Assembly (NCBI GenBank): GCA_903832855.1
Contig: CAILDB010000009.1
Coordinates: 1 to 36,807 of the forward strand
Direction: 5' to 3'
From: an uncultured bacterium
Lineage (GTDB): Bacteria > Patescibacteriota > Minisyncoccia > Phycocordibacterales > GWA1-40-21
Length of the DNA: 36,807 nucleotides
The translations under genes and the position numbers were made by a program. Within the stretch, counting starts at the first letter, position 1; the number at the start of each line of letters is the position of its first letter. Below the pieces are notes generated by a model. That model made no database searches, was not told where the DNA came from, and was given only the letters and a program-made list of their open reading frames with translations. Below are positions 35,672 through 36,807 of the stretch, in pieces.

Positions 35672-35678
35672 TTTTGTT

Positions 35679-36599
35679 ATGGAAGAAATAAAAAAAGCTT
35701 TACAAAATTACGATATAAAGGAATTTGACCCGATCGTTTTCTTGCGAGAATCCGGTGATAATTTAGTTTATTTAATTGGAGAAAAAGATAAAAAGGTATT
35801 GAGAATCAGTAAAAGATTACCTATTGAAGATATTAAATTTGAATATGAAGCCGTTAAACATCTTTCTGACGGTGGAATGATAGTACCTAAATTGCTGACA
35901 ACAAAAAAGGGTGATTTTTACACCCTGATTAATGGCACAGTTGCGGTTCTGTTTGATTTTTTAAATGGTCATCATATTGAAGTGGATAAAGATCATTTTC
36001 CATCTATAGCTCAAGCATACAATGCCGGAAAAGGTCTTGGACTTATGAGTAATATTTCTGCTGGATTCAGATCATCCTCACCAAGAAGGCGTAATATCTT
36101 TACCGAATTTGAGAGAGTTATCGCATCAGAGAATATTTTTACGGAAAAATTTGAAGGTGGAAAAGAATTTATCTCTCAAGTAAAAGAAGCTATCACTTTT
36201 GCTAAAGGCCAGAAAGAAATTGAGGGTTTCATTCACAATGATTATCGTCCGAGCAATGTCTTTTTTAACGACAGGGATGAGTTTGCGGGAATAATAGATT
36301 TTGATTGGAGTTGTAACGGTCCACTCATCAAAGATTTGGCTCTTGCGGTTGTGGAATGGTCTTTCCCTGATGGAAGAACCGAACCGGATTTTACGATTTT
36401 TGATTCATTCTTGGACGGGTATAATTCTGTAGCGATTCACAAATGGCCTAAAGATAAAAAGCTCTATGAGTGGATTAAATTCACCACTTTATCTGACGCT
36501 GCCACATATTTCTGCGATTTAGCGGATGATCCTACCCCTGCAAAGAAGGTCATCAGGTCCTACATGTACCGAAAATATCTTTTCTTTTCTAAATTATAA
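35679..36599 (+). CDS. Phosphotransferase-family kinase (APH / homoserine kinase type II / choline kinase-like)
   Basis: Catalytic loop HNDYRPSNVFF (HxDxxxxN) and IIDFDW metal-binding motif. 306 aa. Confidence 0.75.
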   Translation: MEEIKKALQNYDIKEFDPIVFLRESGDNLVYLIGEKDKKVLRISKRLPIEDIKFEYEAVKHLSDGGMIVPKLLTTKKGDFYTLINGTVAVLFDFLNGHHIEVDKDHFPSIAQAYNAGKGLGLMSNISAGFRSSSPRRRNIFTEFERVIASENIFTEKFEGGKEFISQVKEAITFAKGQKEIEGFIHNDYRPSNVFFNDRDEFAGIIDFDWSCNGPLIKDLALAVVEWSFPDGRTEPDFTIFDSFLDGYNSVAIHKWPKDKKLYEWIKFTTLSDAATYFCDLADDPTPAKKVIRSYMYRKYLFFSKL

Positions 36600-36785
36600 T
36601 AAGGCCTCTAACTTATTTGCTAAATCATAAACCATATTTTTTCCAGTTGATTCTTTACAACTAGCCAAAAAGTCTCGGATACTTGCAATATATTTATCAT
36701 TATTTACAAATTTAGGATGAAGATGTTGTTCTCCTCTCTCGTATATTTTAGCAAAATTTCGGAGGTGTGATGTAAAGTCGGCCAT
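36594..36785 (-). CDS. Small hypothetical protein (63 aa)
   Basis: Complete ORF at the window edge, overlapping the kinase stop by 6 nt. No recognisable motifs. Confidence 0.3.
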   Translation of the reverse strand: MADFTSHLRNFAKIYERGEQHLHPKFVNNDKYIASIRDFLASCKESTGKNMVYDLANKLEALL

Positions 36786-36807
36786 CTTGATTAGTTTTGC
36801 TCCATCA

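Overview
Low-GC (roughly 33-36% by eye) bacterial chromosome segment. Gene content and style suggest a small-genome Patescibacteria/CPR-like organism; that placement is inference, not tested. The standard genetic code fits, since TGA, TAA and TAG all terminate long ORFs.

Layout:
- 0-5.7 kb: sugar transferase, peptidase E-like protein, ABC-F ATPase, a visibly GC-richer homoserine-dehydrogenase-like gene, a short TspO, tRNA-Ser.
- 5.7-18.3 kb: a complete secretin-less type IV pilus/competence locus. comFC is divergent from pilM, followed by pilN-like, pilO-like, a small membrane protein, pilB, a CheY-like receiver, pilT, pilC, two pilins, prepilin peptidase and four minor pilins.
- 18.3-23.5 kb: ligA, a small tandem-repeat protein, a small Zn-ribbon-like protein, gatC, gatA and a membrane protein.
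- 23.5-24.4 kb: a tRNA cluster of tRNA-fMet, tRNA-Met and a tRNA-Asp.
- 24.4-29.3 kb: ABC exporter, an orphan hisG-hisI pair behind an attenuator-like leader, a Nudix hydrolase and an EamA transporter.
- 29.3-36.8 kb: an accessory block of small enzymes. It holds a nucleotidyltransferase, two more Nudix hydrolases, two paralogous HExxH proteins flanking a Tiki/TraB-like protein, two alpha/beta hydrolases, a SprT-like protein, a HAD-like protein and an APH-like kinase.

Most notable observations:
1. The tRNA-Asp(GUC) gene is split in its anticodon loop by a compact 207-nt ORF-less group I intron with textbook R/S core elements.
2. The 3' end of that tRNA is repeated once inverted and once direct within 200 bp, each copy associated with a terminator hairpin.
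3. About 18 genes carry a (TGn)TAnnnT -10 box only 6-9 nt upstream of the ATG. This implies pervasive leaderless mRNAs, and it includes a 16-codon leader ORF in front of hisG.
4. A GTCATYCC-hairpin-GGRATCCATC palindromic repeat family sits in-frame inside a coding gene and twice around a 108-bp inverted-repeat element upstream of the major pilin.
5. ligA carries an in-frame 25-nt perfect GC hairpin followed by a GC-rich BRCT-coding patch.

No CRISPR array, rRNA, transposase or integrase was seen.
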